In this document: one piece after another, positions 23,878-36,946 of the stretch
How positions within the stretch are numbered: position 1 is the first letter of the stretch
How the letters are laid out: each line of letters opens with the position of its first letter
From: Gekko japonicus
Lineage: Eukaryota
Direction: 5' to 3'
Length of the DNA: 64,000 nt
Assembly: GCF_001447785.1 (NCBI RefSeq)
Contig: NW_015173679.1
Location: 900,205-964,204, forward strand
Made by a program: the position numbers and the translations under genes
The notes under the pieces: model-generated
Told to the model about the DNA's origin: nothing
Databases searched by the model: none
What the model saw: only the letters and a program-made list of their open reading frames with translations

Positions 23878-26800
23878 ATGGACAGATCTGGCTTTCAAAT
23901 AATCAGGTTTCCTGCAAAATCCTACAGATTTTATTTAGGAAATTTATATGTTGTCTCTCCAGACCTCCTAGAGGTGATTTCTAACTAAACCCATAAAACA
24001 AAGTCAACTGAGACAATAAAACAAGTCAGTAAGACAAGACAAGCCAGTAGAAGAAATAAATCAATCAGATGAATAAAAACATGCCAACATAAACAAGACA
24101 AGCTGGGACAGACAGGAGACTGTCCAGCTCCTGAAAGGAAAAACAGCCACTCACTTGAGCCTATGGGAGTTCTGCTCCAGCATCCAATCACTTTTCAGAA
24201 GGGGGGGTGGAATGTTGGAGAGAAGCACAGCAGGAGTTCAGTTCAGTTCTGCCTCAGGAGGGAGCAGTGAGAGCTCAGGTCTGGCTCAGGAAAAGAGCCG
24301 ACAGAGTGAAGGGTAGCTCTGCTGGGTAGTGTGGTACAGTGGTTTGGCTGCGAAAATAGTAATCCACAGATAATTGCTCATTTTCAACTTCTTTGAACAC
24401 ACACTTTGAACAATAATGTCATGGAATCACGATTCTTTCTGCCGACAGCAATATTAGCCTGGAGAGAGATGGGTGTTGCTTTCTAAAAAAATGCCCATTT
24501 TTTTAAAAAAAAATCCCCCCACCCAGGGATTGAATTTACAAACTTTGTGTTACAAGACTGACATGCTGACCACTGTTCTAACATAGGCTCCATGCACAAA
24601 GCTGCTCAACTTTCTAGTTCAGCAGAGGAGCCAGTGCAAACAAGGCAGCCCTCCATCTGCCAGCTTGGCTTTTTGAATAGCTATCTCTTGGGAAAGATGC
24701 TGGGCAAGTTTATAATTTGTCTTTTCAATGAAATGATGTATAAATGGGTGTTGCACTCCCCCTCCACTCCCCTCCATGGCGTTCCATGTTGTTTTTCTAC
24801 ATCTGATAACGTTACAACGTAAATGCAAAGGACCAAGAAAGAAAAATTACAAAGGCTATGCCACGGTCATGTTGCATGATGGGAGCAAAAGTGCATGATG
24901 GGAGGGAAAATGGCTACAACCCAAACTTTAATGCAGAACACAAGAAGCAGAGCAACTGCTGACAAACGGTGGTAATGCAGAACCCCTCAGCAGACTCGAA
25001 GCAACAGATCCAGCTTCAAATCACCAGTAAATGAAGGCAAAGGTCATAATGTGGAAACAGCCCAGTTTTATATCCAGAAGCATTTCAGTATATCTGGTAG
25101 CAAACAATAAATTAAATTTGGTATGTTCTGCTGACTCTATCCAAAAGGTTAATATATTTGTGGATAGCCCAGTATGCGATGTGTCTTATACATTTCTACT
25201 TGTGTCCATGTGCATTCCTCTGATACTACTCTGTAGTGCATGATGAAAGTCAAGAATCTGGCTAATTCTTGGCCAGTTTGGAAAGTGATACATATTTCTT
25301 TATCAATTCTTGATTGTGTGCTCATTTACTTGCTTGGTAACAAAACTCCAAGTAGACAGAAGTTTGCTGATCAAGCCATAACAACTCTGAAGAGATCATG
25401 CACACAATGACCTGCTATAAAGTACAAGATGACACACACAACCTCATTTCATAAGGAATGGCCCTTATATAGTCATACTATCATTGAGCATTTCTGCTTT
25501 GTCTATACTAATCCCATAGGAATCCAAGTTATTTGAATCTGTACACTGCCTTATTGTGTATGTGTGTTTGTTATGCAAGTGCCTAGCAAATAACTGGCAA
25601 CCTCAATTTGTTTTATATAAGTACATTAATGTATTGTAATTTCTATAATGAAAATTTCCAAATTTGTTTTCAGTGTTATCAGTGGAACATCTCTCAGTAA
25701 CTTGGATACAATTAAAATCAAGCCAAATATTTTCTGGGCTTCAAAGTGGTACAATGCCAAGCTTCAGCTTCATATATTACTGTTTCCAAAATGTCAATAA
25801 TAGAATTCCCAAAACCCAGTGGTTCTGTTTTCCATAAAAGCAAGACATTACCCTATTTGTCACTTAAAATATGAACATTATTAGGGGGGTGGGCAAAGGA
25901 TAGAGCCAAAGGAAAGAGAAACTTATATCATTTCTTAGCTGTGTCGGAAAATATTTTGTTTTGTTTACAGGGCACTTTAGAACATAAGAACTTGTTTTGT
26001 AAAACCACAATGTAACATAGCGTAACAGCAATCTTATATTCCGATTACATCACTGTGCTTCAGATGTGCATTTTCTGTGCATTTTGAGTTCACTGGACAC
26101 TTTGGTTTAATTACCTGATGTTATTCAACAGTTGTGTGGTCCTGGAGGAAAAATTTGCTAGTCAGAAAGTTAAAGGCCAGGACCTCAAAGATAGCATGCT
26201 CAGAAGTGCTGCTGGTTCCATGCACAAGGCCAGCTAAACAGCCACACATCAGGGGTCTCAATGTGTGGATGAGAAAGTGGAGCCAGGAGGAAGGTTTAGA
26301 TTGTTACGCACTGGAGAACTTTCTGGGAAAGCTGAACCTGTACAAAAGAGATGGGCTTGAACCTAAAGGGAACCAAGCTGCTGGTGATTAATATCAAAAA
26401 GGTGACAGAGCAGCTTTTAAACTAACCCCAGTAGGAAAGCCAACAGGAACTGGGATCCTTCAGTTCAGGATAAGTCAGTAAGGGCACGATGGCGTCTGAG
26501 GGCCACTAAGGGGCTGAGGGAGGCGAGCATTACTGGAGAGGGAAACACATTATAGGTGTCTATTTGCCAATGCTAGAAGTCTCCAAGCCAAAATGGAGTG
26601 CTTGGTGTTCAGAAACATGGTGGAATGGGGAAAATCTATGGGTATAAGCTCTATAGACAGGAAAGGGAGGGAGGGGTTGGTCGTGGTGTTGCATTGTACA
26701 TCAAAGACTGTGATGTGCTGCCGGCGCGCGCGCACATCCCTCAAGAACTCCCGGACCCCGGCGAGGCTCCCCCGCTCCGAGGGGTGAGTCGATTTGGCAA

Positions 26801-27173
26801 CCCTAGGGAAATCTATGGGTATAAGCTCTATAGACAGGAAAGGGAGGGAGGGGTTGGTCGTGGTGTTGCATTGTACATCAAAGAGGGAATAAAATCAATA
26901 AGTTAGAAAACATCAGAGGAATTAACTCCCCAGCATATTGACTGTGTAAACATCTGCTGAAGTCATGCTGTAGAAATGAGATTCCCAGACATGATAAATG
27001 ACTGTGTGCTGAAACAGTTGGTCACAGAGCCAACCAGAGGGGTAGTGATCTTGGATCTGGTTCTGAGCAGGTCTCAAGACCTGGTGAGAGATATAGATGT
27101 TGTTACACCAGTTGGGAACAGTGACTACTATGCTATTAAGTTCAGCATTCAGGTCAATGGAAAGTTACCCCAA

Positions 27174-27314
27174 GGCTGAAGTCACACACACTAAATAATT
27201 CACTTCCAATCCATTTTCAGTGCACTTTCCAACTGGATTTTACTGTGTGAACTGGCAAAATCCAGTTGGAAAGTGGATGGAAAGTGGATTGTTTAGTGTG
27301 TGTGACTGCAACCC
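27174..27314. mobile_element. About 140-bp hairpin MITE (Harbinger-like?) inserted in CR1
   Basis: agtcacacacactaaataat..cactttccaactggatttt / aaaatccagttggaaagtg..attgtttagtgtgtgtgact inverted arms; flanks CAA/TAA. Confidence 0.7.
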
Positions 27315-27518
27315 TAAAGTCCAAAACTGTAACATTTGATTTCAAAAGGGGGAACTTTACAAAAATGAAGCGAATATTAAGAAGGGGAAATACAAGAGAG
27401 TCAAATCCCTGGAGGATGCTTGGAACTACACTAATTGAAGCCCAAATAGAATGCATTCCACAGGTATGGAAAGGCACTACCAAGTCTAAAAGAAGGCCTG
27501 TGTGGTTAACAATACAAG

Positions 27519-27725
27519 CAATGCTCCCTCTAAGCTGTGGAGTCTTGTGAGAAAAAATTCTACTTTGTGAGCTACTGGCATTAAAGTTGTGAGCAAGCAA
27601 TTTGGCTACTGCATGAATTAGTTTGCTCTGGAGCCATCCTTTCCTGAGCTAAGACAATAATGTGTGAGCCAGAGACTAAAAAACTGTGAGCTAGCTCACA
27701 CTAACTCAGCTTAGAAGGAACACTG
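27519..27725. mobile_element. hAT MITE family A, copy 3 (reverse orientation)
   Basis: Same TIRs; 8-bp TSD AATACAAG. A partial fourth copy lies at about 60965-61085. Confidence 0.9.
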
Positions 27726-28879
27726 AATACAAGTCAAAGAAGCTATAAAAAGTAAAGAGGCTTCTTTTAAAAAGTGGAAGGCCTGCCCCACTGTATTGAA
27801 CAGGGGAGACCACAGGCTCTAGCAAAAAAAGCAGTGGGGCCTTCAAAACATTTGCAAAATCAAGAGATTGCTAAAGGAAGATAGGAAGATGGCAGAGAAG
27901 CTCAACGACTTTTTTTGCTTCTGTGTTCACTGTGGACAGTGTGGGGCACATACCCATGCGATAGCCCCTATTTTCAGGAGGGGAGTCTGAAGAAGTGAGC
28001 CAAACTGAGGTGACCAGAGACCAGATATTAATTTCTAGGCCTACTGGTGAAATTAAAAACTGATAAGTCTCAGATGTGAGATCATTCATCTACTAACCTG
28101 TATATGTAACCTATCACTAAATTCAGCCGTTGTACCAAAAGACTGGAGAGCAGAAAATATTACACCATTTTTTTTTAAAGGACCCAGAAGGGAACCAGGA
28201 AATTACAGGCCCGTCAGCCTAATTTTTGTCTCAGGCATATTAGTATTATTTAAATTGTTCATAAATGATCAGGAACTAGGGGTCAGTAGCATAGTGGTCA
28301 AATTTGCAGATGAGGTAGGTGGGGCTGAGAGAGCTCTCTCGAGAACTGCCCTTGAGAGAACAGCTCTGAAAGAACTTATGACTGACCCAAGGTCAGTGTT
28401 ACCTCTAAGTTGAATTAGTGTTACTTTTTTCCCACCATAGAGAACAATGGTGGGGATGGGGGCAACCTGTTTGGTGGCCCGTAGAATTGGATCCCCTAGG
28501 AGAGGCTGCAGCAGCAACCCTGTGAGATTGAAGCCTCTTCCGCTGGAGTAGTCTTGGGAGGCGGATTGGCAAAAAGCAAAACCAAAAGAGCACGAACTCG
28601 AGAGAACTCCAGGAATGGAGCCAGTTCCTCTTCCACAGCTCAAAATGCGACCCACGAACCCTGAGCTTGGTTTTTCTCATTCACGAGTCTGGCCTCCGCA
28701 CTCCTTTAACGAGGCAGCCCTAAAGCTTGGGGCAGTGGGGGTTTCTTTGCATGCAGCTTGTGCAGCTGGCTGAGTGCCTCTTCTGCTTGCCCACCTCTTG
28801 CCTCTGCACCTCATCTTCTGCCAGGCATGGAAGAGCCCAGCTCGCCCAGGCTTCTTGCCTCCTGCTGCCTTGGCCGTCT

Positions 28880-29290
28880 NNNNNNNNNNNNNNNNNNNNN
28901 NNNNNNNNNNNNNNNNNNNNNNNNNNNNNNNNNNNNNNNNNNNNNNNNNNNNNNNNNNNNNNNNNNNNNNNNNNNNNNNNNNNNNNNNNNNNNNNNNNNN
29001 NNNNNNNNNNNNNNNNNNNNNNNNNNNNNNNNNNNNNNNNNNNNNNNNNNNNNNNNNNNNNNNNNNNNNNNNNNNNNNNNNNNNNNNNNNNNNNNNNNNN
29101 NNNNNNNNNNNNNNNNNNNNNNNNNNNNNNNNNNNNNNNNNNNNNNNNNNNNNNNNNNNNNNNNNNNNNNNNNNNNNNNNNNNNNNNNNNNNNNNNNNNN
29201 NNNNNNNNNNNNNNNNNNNNNNNNNNNNNNNNNNNNNNNNNNNNNNNNNNNNNNNNNNNNNNNNNNNNNNNNNNNNNNNNNNNNNNNNNN
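28880..29290. other. Assembly gap (411 N)
   Basis: Run of N. Confidence 1.
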
Positions 29291-29394
29291 CCAGAAGTGA
29301 GATGTGTCCTGGTCTTGTGTCTTACAGATAATCTTACAAATAGTCCTTTGCATTTATAGCATGCTTTCAACTTTAAAAGGATCATAATGCTGAT

Positions 29395-29673
29395 TGTGTG
29401 AACTTAGGCAAATCACGAGAGGTAGAGCAGGAAGGGTTGCATCAGTGCTTAGTTCTTGTTGTGGCCCTTTCTTACATGCCCAGGGAAATGCTGATCGCCA
29501 CTTTGGGGCCAGGAAGCAATTTTTCCCCAGGCCAGTTTGGCCCCCAGTGATCCTGGAGGGTTTTTAAAAAAATCATATTCTGGGCATGGAACAGGGGTCA
29601 CTGGGGTGTGGGGGGGGGTATTGGTGAATTTCCTGCATTGTGCAGGGGGTTGGACTAGATGACCCTGGAGGTC
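29395..29673 (+). mobile_element. CR1 3' UTR (second subfamily)
   Basis: ..gcagggggttggactagatgaccctggaggtc, the canonical CR1 3' end. Confidence 0.75.
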
Positions 29674-29889
29674 NNNNNNNNNNNNNNNNNNNNNNNNNNN
29701 NNNNNNNNNNNNNNNNNNNNNNNNNNNNNNNNNNNNNNNNNNNNNNNNNNNNNNNNNNNNNNNNNNNNNNNNNNNNNNNNNNNNNNNNNNNNNNNNNNNN
29801 NNNNNNNNNNNNNNNNNNNNNNNNNNNNNNNNNNNNNNNNNNNNNNNNNNNNNNNNNNNNNNNNNNNNNNNNNNNNNNNNNNNNNNNNN
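29674..29889. other. Assembly gap (216 N)
   Basis: Run of N. Confidence 1.
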
Positions 29890-30079
29890 CTCCCCCTCCC
29901 CTTGTCCTTTGCCCGACTTGGAGGCGAAGGGAAGGGAGAGGCGGGAAGGAATGGATCCCAGGTGCTTCTGCCTGTCAGAGGGGCTGGTGCACACTTCCGG
30001 TGATGTCAGGGGGTGTGGCATATGCTAATAAGTTATGCTAATGAGCTCCTGCAGCTCTTTTTCTACAAAATGACCCCTG
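29890..30079. mobile_element. hAT MITE family B, one end (the rest is in the gap)
   Basis: Ends AAATGACCCCTG and carries the octamer-like array seen at 43205-43612. Confidence 0.75.
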
Positions 30080-31320
30080 AACAGGAGTATAACCTTCAAA
30101 GTTATTAATGTGGCAATTAATGTATTAAAATAGGCTCTGCACTCTGCACTATAGTACTCTATAAGCACTATAAAGATATTTTGGCTACCCATCCTCTTCC
30201 TCTATTTAATGAGATCATGGAAGGTTCTCCATTGCCTCTCTCTAGGTTGGAAGCTAAATTAATTTTAATACCAAAATTAAATAATGATCCAACATCCAGG
30301 GAATCTTATTGCCTGATTTCATTGATGAATACAGATTATAAAATTTTTACTAAAATATTAGTGTCTAGATTGAGCATTTATATTCCAACATTAGTAAATA
30401 CAGATCAATATGATTCTATTCCAAAACGTTTATTTGCATATGCAATCAAGAAAGTTGTGGGTCTTTTGCTTCATTAAAAAGGGAATTTAGAATTAACATT
30501 AATAACTCTAGATATCTATAAAGCCTTTGATTCAGTCAACCAGGATTACTTTTAAAAGGTATTACATTTTTATGATTTTTGAAATAAATTTAATAACGTC
30601 CTTTTGGCTATCTATTTGTCATATACTGCTAGCATAACAATAAACAATTGTGTTTCTGGCTCAAAACATATTAATTGTGATACTAAACAACGATGCTCAC
30701 TTTCTCCATTACTATTTATCTTAGCTCTGGAGCCATTAGGTAATACATTAAAATCTAATCAAGGTATCAGAGAAGTCTAGAGAAAAAGCATATCTGCTAA
30801 CAGTGTTTGCAGAAGATATGTTGTTATCTCTTACAAATTTGACAGAAACTATACAACCTTTAAAGGAAGAACTTTAAAAATTCAATCAAATTTCTGGCCT
30901 TAGGGTAAACGTTACAAAATCGGATAAATTATGCCATAATATTCCCCCTACAGTTCAATTGAAAGTCTCTCACACTTTAAATATATCATTAGTACATAAA
31001 AGCTTTACATATCTTGGAGTATCTATTCCAAAAATCTTAAATAATATGTATCAATACAACTATAAAATATTGTGGAGGTGATGAAAATGGATCTAATTGG
31101 ATTAAAATGTCTGTTCTTTCAAATTATCTTTTCTATTCAATGTGTTACCTCTCCATATTTCAGAAAAGATTTTGAAGAACTGGCAATTAAAATTAGATCA
31201 GTTTATTTTTAACTAAAAAAAACAAGAATGGCAAAATTTCTAAAGTATCACCCTATTCAAGAAGGAGGGTAGGGCATTCTGTACATTTCTTTATACTACG
31301 ATGCATATTAATTGAGACAT

Positions 31321-31365
31321 TTGTTGTTGTTGTTGTTGTTCAGTCGCACAGTCGAGTCCGACCCT
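31321..31365 (-). mobile_element. BovB 3' tail fragment
   Basis: Reverse complement of gtcggactcgactgtgcgactgaacaacaac, matching 63012-63043. Confidence 0.85.
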
Positions 31366-31494
31366 TCAATCCCTTGTTTATCCTTTTCTAAGGAAGGAAG
31401 TTGGCTAGAGTTAGAGAGTTTTAAATTCAAAGAGATTGGGGATATCACTTATTATATGATAATGGTTTGTGTAAAAAATTCAAGTTGAATTTGC

Positions 31495-32332
31495 TGTCAC
31501 CCCTGCAGGTTCAGGGACCGGTTCTCCTGAAAGAACATGGGTGGGTCTGTGTCAGTGACGGCAGCCCAGTGCGACACCAGCATGGGCAACTGACATGGGA
31601 ACCTACCAGTATCCGAGGCCGACTGGGACGCCACAGTGACCACCACCTCTGAGGCAGTTGTCCCCTGGTGAGCCGCCGCTGCCGCATCTGGAAAACAGGC
31701 CCACAGACATCACACACACACACACACACACACACAACCAGCATGGGCCACATCCCCTGTTGTGAGTGGCCCTGCGGCCAGCAGGCCAGTATCCACAGTG
31801 CCAGGTGCATGGCCAGGCCAGCAGGCTGCTTGGCCTGGAGCTAAGGCCACCGCCGCTTCAGGGGACTGGCGCCGGGGGCTTGCGGCCACCTGCCACCACG
31901 GTCCCCTGCCCCCCCGGCCATGATTGAGACCACCTTGACAGTATGGTGAGTACCGATCATGGCCACCACCCACCCCTGCCTGCATGGCTGCTCACTCTCT
32001 GGTCCCTGGAAACTTGGCCTCCAGGAGGAGCTGGCCATTGCATGGCACTCACCAGCATCAGTGTGCTCCAGGGTGGTCGTCAGAACAACACAGGGCTCAA
32101 CATCCTGGGAGGCTCCTGCTGGCTCTGTGAGCGGGAAAAGGGGAGCTGTTAGCGCTGCCCCCCCGACCCTGCTGCCCATCCCTGCCCACCACCCACTGTG
32201 GACCCCCACATGCACTGTAGGTCTGCCCTTGCCCCTGTCCCCATTGGAAGAGCAGGGCCCTATGAGTTCCCCAGTCCTCCGCTTCCACTGCTGGGTGTCC
32301 CTCACTCAGCTACAGTTTGGGGGCAGCAGACA
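31495..32332. mobile_element. GC-rich solo LTR-like insertion (838 bp)
   Basis: TGTC...GACA termini with exact 4-bp TSD TTGC; inserted in the L1; no AATAAA seen. Confidence 0.7.
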
Positions 32333-32379
32333 TTGCAACTATTAACCAATTAATTAACAGTAGATTTTGGTCTTCTACC

Positions 32380-32566
32380 CCCTGCTACAGAGGGATGGCA
32401 GTATGGTATAGCTCAATCTTGTCAGATCTTGGAAGCTAAGCAGGGTCAGTACTTGGAGGGAGACCACCAAGGAAGACTCTGCAGAGGAAGGCAATGGCCA
32501 ACCATTCACTTGCCTTGAAAGCCCTTTGCTGAGGTTGTTATAAGTCTGCTTTGACTTTACACATAC
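32380..32566 (+). mobile_element. 5S rRNA-headed SINE (5S-Sauria/SINE3-like)
   Basis: 5S internal control region agatcttggaagctaagcagggtc..agtacttgga.gggagacc followed by a non-5S tail. Confidence 0.8.
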
Positions 32567-33910
32567 CATTCACATCTTCCCATAAACTAACAATTACTGA
32601 AATAATTTTGGCTACATTTATTCCCAGAATGAACAAAAAAGTGGCTTTTGGTGAAAAAACCAGCAAAAACATTGGTGTTTCATTGTATTTTAATCATAGT
32701 CTAATTAATCATAAATTTAAACAGGCTAAAACATAATGCGTATGTTCTTGTGTTGCCTTGGGCAGCCAAAGGAAAAGCATCATTTTTTAAGTAACTTGAA
32801 TGGGGGGAAACATTTGAGTTCAAAACATTTGCAAAATTAACTGCCAAATCACACCAACTCTGAAATGAAAATATTTAAATTGGCTGTTAAAATATTATTG
32901 ATAGTACAAATTTGCTGTCTTTCCCAGTCAGATACCTAAAGCTGTTCTTGTAGTCTTGTGCCTTTCAAAACATTAACCTAATTATTGTTTACATAATAGC
33001 TGGACTAATTTAATCGTTCTGTGAACATTTCACAATGTCACACAAATCAAATTAGTAATTTTAGAATGTTTTTAACTGCTAGTACAATTCTGAACAGAGC
33101 CATACCCTTAGAAGTCCAATGCAGTCATTAGGCTTTGAAGGATATAACTGTTCAGAATTGCACTATGAGCATCTTATACATTAAAAAATAGGTTACTTAT
33201 TATGTTTGTGGGTACACGTGTCAGCTGAAGCTTGCCAAGCCTTGGAATGTGGGAGGGGGTATGTGGTTTCTGTGTTCCTCCATCCTCTCCAGCACCCTCC
33301 TCCACCCCCGCGTCTCTGCTGCCTTTGCTATCTGCCTAGTGGCCTTGAAGGCTTGGCTCTCCCTCATCCACTTTTCCCACTGGGAATCTAACTGCTGCTT
33401 TTTACCCGTGCTTGTAGGTGCTTTCCTATTGGGTTGGTGATATCAGGGCGTCTGGTTTGAAGGGGGTATATCTGTAACCACCATTTTGCATTCGGTTATT
33501 CCTGACTCAAGAATTCATGGTACCACCAGTACTGACCTCAATAAACTGGACTTTATCAAGGAACGTTGTTGAGTGTTTGATTGGGAAGCCTGACAACACA
33601 TTGGTCTCCTTTTCTTGCGTCTACTTCTCGGTTTATATGATTGAATATTAATAGCTAAATGGGAGAAATTCTGGACAAACAGTTCTACTATCTTGATATC
33701 ACTGGACCCAATTCCAAATATCAAATAGGTTCCAGTACATTAACTAGCTAGAATATGAAAGTGATTTTTTTCTAACCACACATTGAGGAGTCTTAGACCC
33801 CATCATCTGTCATAAAAAACATTATTTTCAGAGCAATTGCCAGGTTTTTATGATACCAGCAAGTGTAAACTCATAGTGAGATATAAAGTATTTGATTCTA
33901 TACATATTGT

Positions 33911-34284
33911 CAGGGGTCATTTGATTCTATACATATTGTCAGGGCAGTAAAGAGCCCAGGGGGTGGGCACATGCAACAAGCCCCGTCCCCTGCTCCCAGC
34001 AGCCCTCAGTCGGGCCACAAGGAGCAAGAAGCAACCAGGTAAGTTGCAGAGCCCCCCCCCCATCCCGCCTTCAGGTACAAGCTCTTCTTCCTCTGTGAGG
34101 CAGTTCTGTGCGTTCCCCCCCCCAATAGCTAGCAATCCAAAACAGTCCAGTGGAGCCTGAATGGTGGGTGTTGCCTTCTGACACACTTCCAGTGATGTCA
34201 GGGGGTGTGGCATATGCAGATAAGTTATGCTAATGAGTTATGCTGATGAGCTCCTGCACCTCTTTTTCTACGAAATGACCCCTG
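33911..34284. mobile_element. hAT MITE family B copy
   Basis: CAGGGGTCATTT...AAATGACCCCTG; reverse-complement match to 43205-43612; left end rearranged. Confidence 0.8.
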
Positions 34285-35493
34285 ATGGAAACAATAGGAA
34301 TAGTTTTCCTTTATAAACCATTGTGTCATATCAAAATGTTTCTGCCTGACACAGCTTTGAAATTCTCTCCTTGGTTTTCAGACTGGAGACATCTTTACAG
34401 TGGAGATGTTGTATGTTTTACAACCCACCTGTGGGAAGAATTAAGTTTTGTGAAACAATAGAACAAAATAATTCCAAGTTGTAAAATATTATTACACAGA
34501 GCCTGACATTCTGGTAAAATCAAACACCACCCTTATCCATTACTCACTGTGATCACAGATCGACCATATAGGCCTGGACAGCTCTCTTGTGAGAACTGTA
34601 TAGACTTTGCATTGGACCTCAGTCCTGAAAACCAGTTCAACTTCAGACTTATCATGCCAATGGGACTGATGGGATGCAACTACATTATTTTTCTGTATCT
34701 GTGTCTGAGATGAAACTCTGTGACACACATGGTACGCAGATCTCTCCAAAATCCTGGAACTATTAAAATGTAGAAAGGGTAAAGACCTGCACTTTGAATT
34801 CCACCATAGACATGTCTGCAGTTTGCTATCTAATGACATGTCAGCTGCTTGTAAACATGATGCAACTTTTGACTATTTAAACAAGTTCCTTTTCCAGAAT
34901 TTTCTAGTGATTACATATGAAACACAGTGGATGCACTACTCCATTACTTTTATTCTCAATGGAAGTGAAAAGGATCTGATGCAGGACTTTCTGACAATCT
35001 AACCAGGTGGGGTGATACATATGGCATAGATCTGAGGGTTCTTGGGACACCTTCTCTGGGTCTTCCCTATATTTGGGCAGAGCACGCTTCCAGTTCAAAA
35101 GGTCTGTAGTGGAAAAAGGTGCATACACAAATGAGACCTGTCCAATTGTGGTCAACACCTCTCTTAAGGGCAGCATTGTTTTGGTAGGAGCAGAGGAAAG
35201 TCTTTTGCGTTTTTTAATAATGGGAGCAGCTGCCCCCTTTTTTTCTGCTAGCGCTTCCCCTGCATCCTTGCCATCGGCACTATCCTTGTCATTGCTGTCC
35301 AGGAGTGGGATCTGGTCTGGAGGCAGGTGTTTCCTAGGATTTGTCTGTTTCCTCTTAGAATGTTTGGAGGGTGTAGAAGCAGGAGGTGCCGCCTTGTTGC
35401 CTTTATCTCCACTCTCTGCCTCCTCCTCTGTCCCTTCCCCCTCCCCCTCCTCTACATCCTTTCCCTTCTTGTGATGATTAGGTGGGGAAACCA

Positions 35494-36225
35494 ATTTATT
35501 TATTTTGTTTGTTGTATTTATAACCCGCCCGCCCTGCAAGGGAGCTCAGGGCAGCTCACACTGCTTGGCACAGTGTGCCAAGGTTCATATACAGTCAAAA
35601 TATTTAAAACTTAAAACATTTAACACTGCTAAAACATTTAGAACATCTAAATAGTCAACAATTTCCGATTAAAGTGTACTCAGTTATTATTAACCAAGAT
35701 GGCGTAACATGTCATGCAGGCTCAGGCAATTACAGGCTCCTAGGCAGTTTGGCTCAATCTCACTGCAGCCAGCCTCCACCACAGATATTAATAGTGGTCG
35801 TTGATGGTAATGTGGGTGGCTCCTAATTGAAGGCCTGGTGGAAGAGCTCCGTCTTGCAGGCCCTGAGGATCCTGCAGGGCCCTGATCTCCTCCGGGAGCT
35901 CATTCCACCAATAAGGAGCCGTCACTGAGAAGGCCCTGGCTCTAGTAGCCATGAGCCTCACCTCTCTGGGGCCTGGAATAACCAGTCAGTGTTGCACCCC
36001 CAACCGTTGTGCTCTCTGGAGTATCTACAGGGAAAGGTGGTCTCTCAGATATGTTGGGCCCTGGCCATATAGGGCTTTAAAGGTAAGTACCAGCACCTTG
36101 AAGCGAATTCGGTATGCTATTGGCAGCCAGTACAGTGCCTTCAGCACCGGCCGGGTGTGCTCCCATCTAGGGAGACACATCAGTAGCCTGGCCGTGGCGT
36201 TCTTCACTAGCTGCAGCCTCCGGAT
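35494..36225 (-). mobile_element. L2 LINE 3' portion inserted in gag
   Basis: RLQLVKNATARLL..HTRPVLKALYWLPI.YRIRFKVLVLTFKALYGQGPTYL; (TAAA)n tail. Confidence 0.9.
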
Positions 36226-36946
36226 TTAAAAAGGCAGGTGTTGGGCGTACAGCCCATACATTGTTCTGTCACTCTATCCATTACTCAATCGAGTAGGGCT
36301 GTCAAGCCTTCTTCGGTGATGAGGTCAGATTGTTGTAAAGCGGGGGACCAGGATCCCTGCGGTGAAGGGGGATGCTTTGAGATTACAGTCTTTCCCCCTT
36401 TACTCCAACTAATCTCTCGATTATTCCGAGGTGGCTTAGGGCGGATTGTCTGAGGAGGGGCATCGTCCGGTGTATTTTCTTTGGAGGTCTGACTGTCCTG
36501 GGTACTGGCTGATCTTGGGGTCTGCACCTGCACTCCAGGGTCCCACCCAGTTGAGGATGTTTTCTGGGCCCGATCTCTCTCCCCCCAAAAAAACTGTTGG
36601 GTAAGGGTGGAGAATATGTCACTAGGCAGTTCCCGGTTCACCTGCCGGGGGGTCACTTCCACTGTCCTGACATTTGATGTTGTGGGCAGTAAATTATGTC
36701 CCCCTGGACTAGGGAAAAATGGGAGCCAGCGGAACCCCTGAGCATCCATGAAAAAGGGAGGTCCATTGGTGGCACCTGGAGCAAGCAACTCGGAAAGAAT
36801 GGGATTCATGCCAGAAAGGAAGGGATTGGTGCCAGCCATCACGCCCATCGCCTGCAGACCAAGGTTAGGAACCTGAGACAAGTCTGGGGGAGCAGATGCT
36901 TGGACGGGTGATGTTAGAGCCCGATCCTGTGGTGGGACCAGAATCT

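Larger units (their letters stand above)
26125..28310 (+). mobile_element. Decayed CR1: ORF1 esterase-like end and ORF2 fragments, multiple deletions
   Basis: LNVWMRKW..LYKRDGL (ORF1); CLFANARS, GYKLYR..GRGVALYIK, EPTRG..LDLVL, PGNYRPVSL and KFADE (ORF2). Confidence 0.85.
30150..33700 (+). mobile_element. Highly decayed L1 ORF2 (RT to C-terminus), interrupted by later insertions
   Basis: LIPK..ESYCLISLMNTDYKIFTKIL, LDIYKAFDSV, CSLSPLLFILALEPL, YLGV; later pieces (WAAKG at about 32760, KWEKFW at about 33660) are weaker. Confidence 0.75.

Noticed and set aside
25020-25420. Minus-strand peptides loosely resembling a negative-strand RNA virus L protein (ILGYP) or a hAT dimerisation domain
   Set aside because: Short, bounded by stops and in different frames; too weak to call an endogenous viral element without a search.
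28720-30041. Long ORFs of 114-221 aa
   Set aside because: They are open only because they run through N gaps.
34540-34839. 99-aa ORF directly downstream of gag as its continuation
   Set aside because: No major homology region, zinc knuckle or protease motif; capsid homology ends near 34964.
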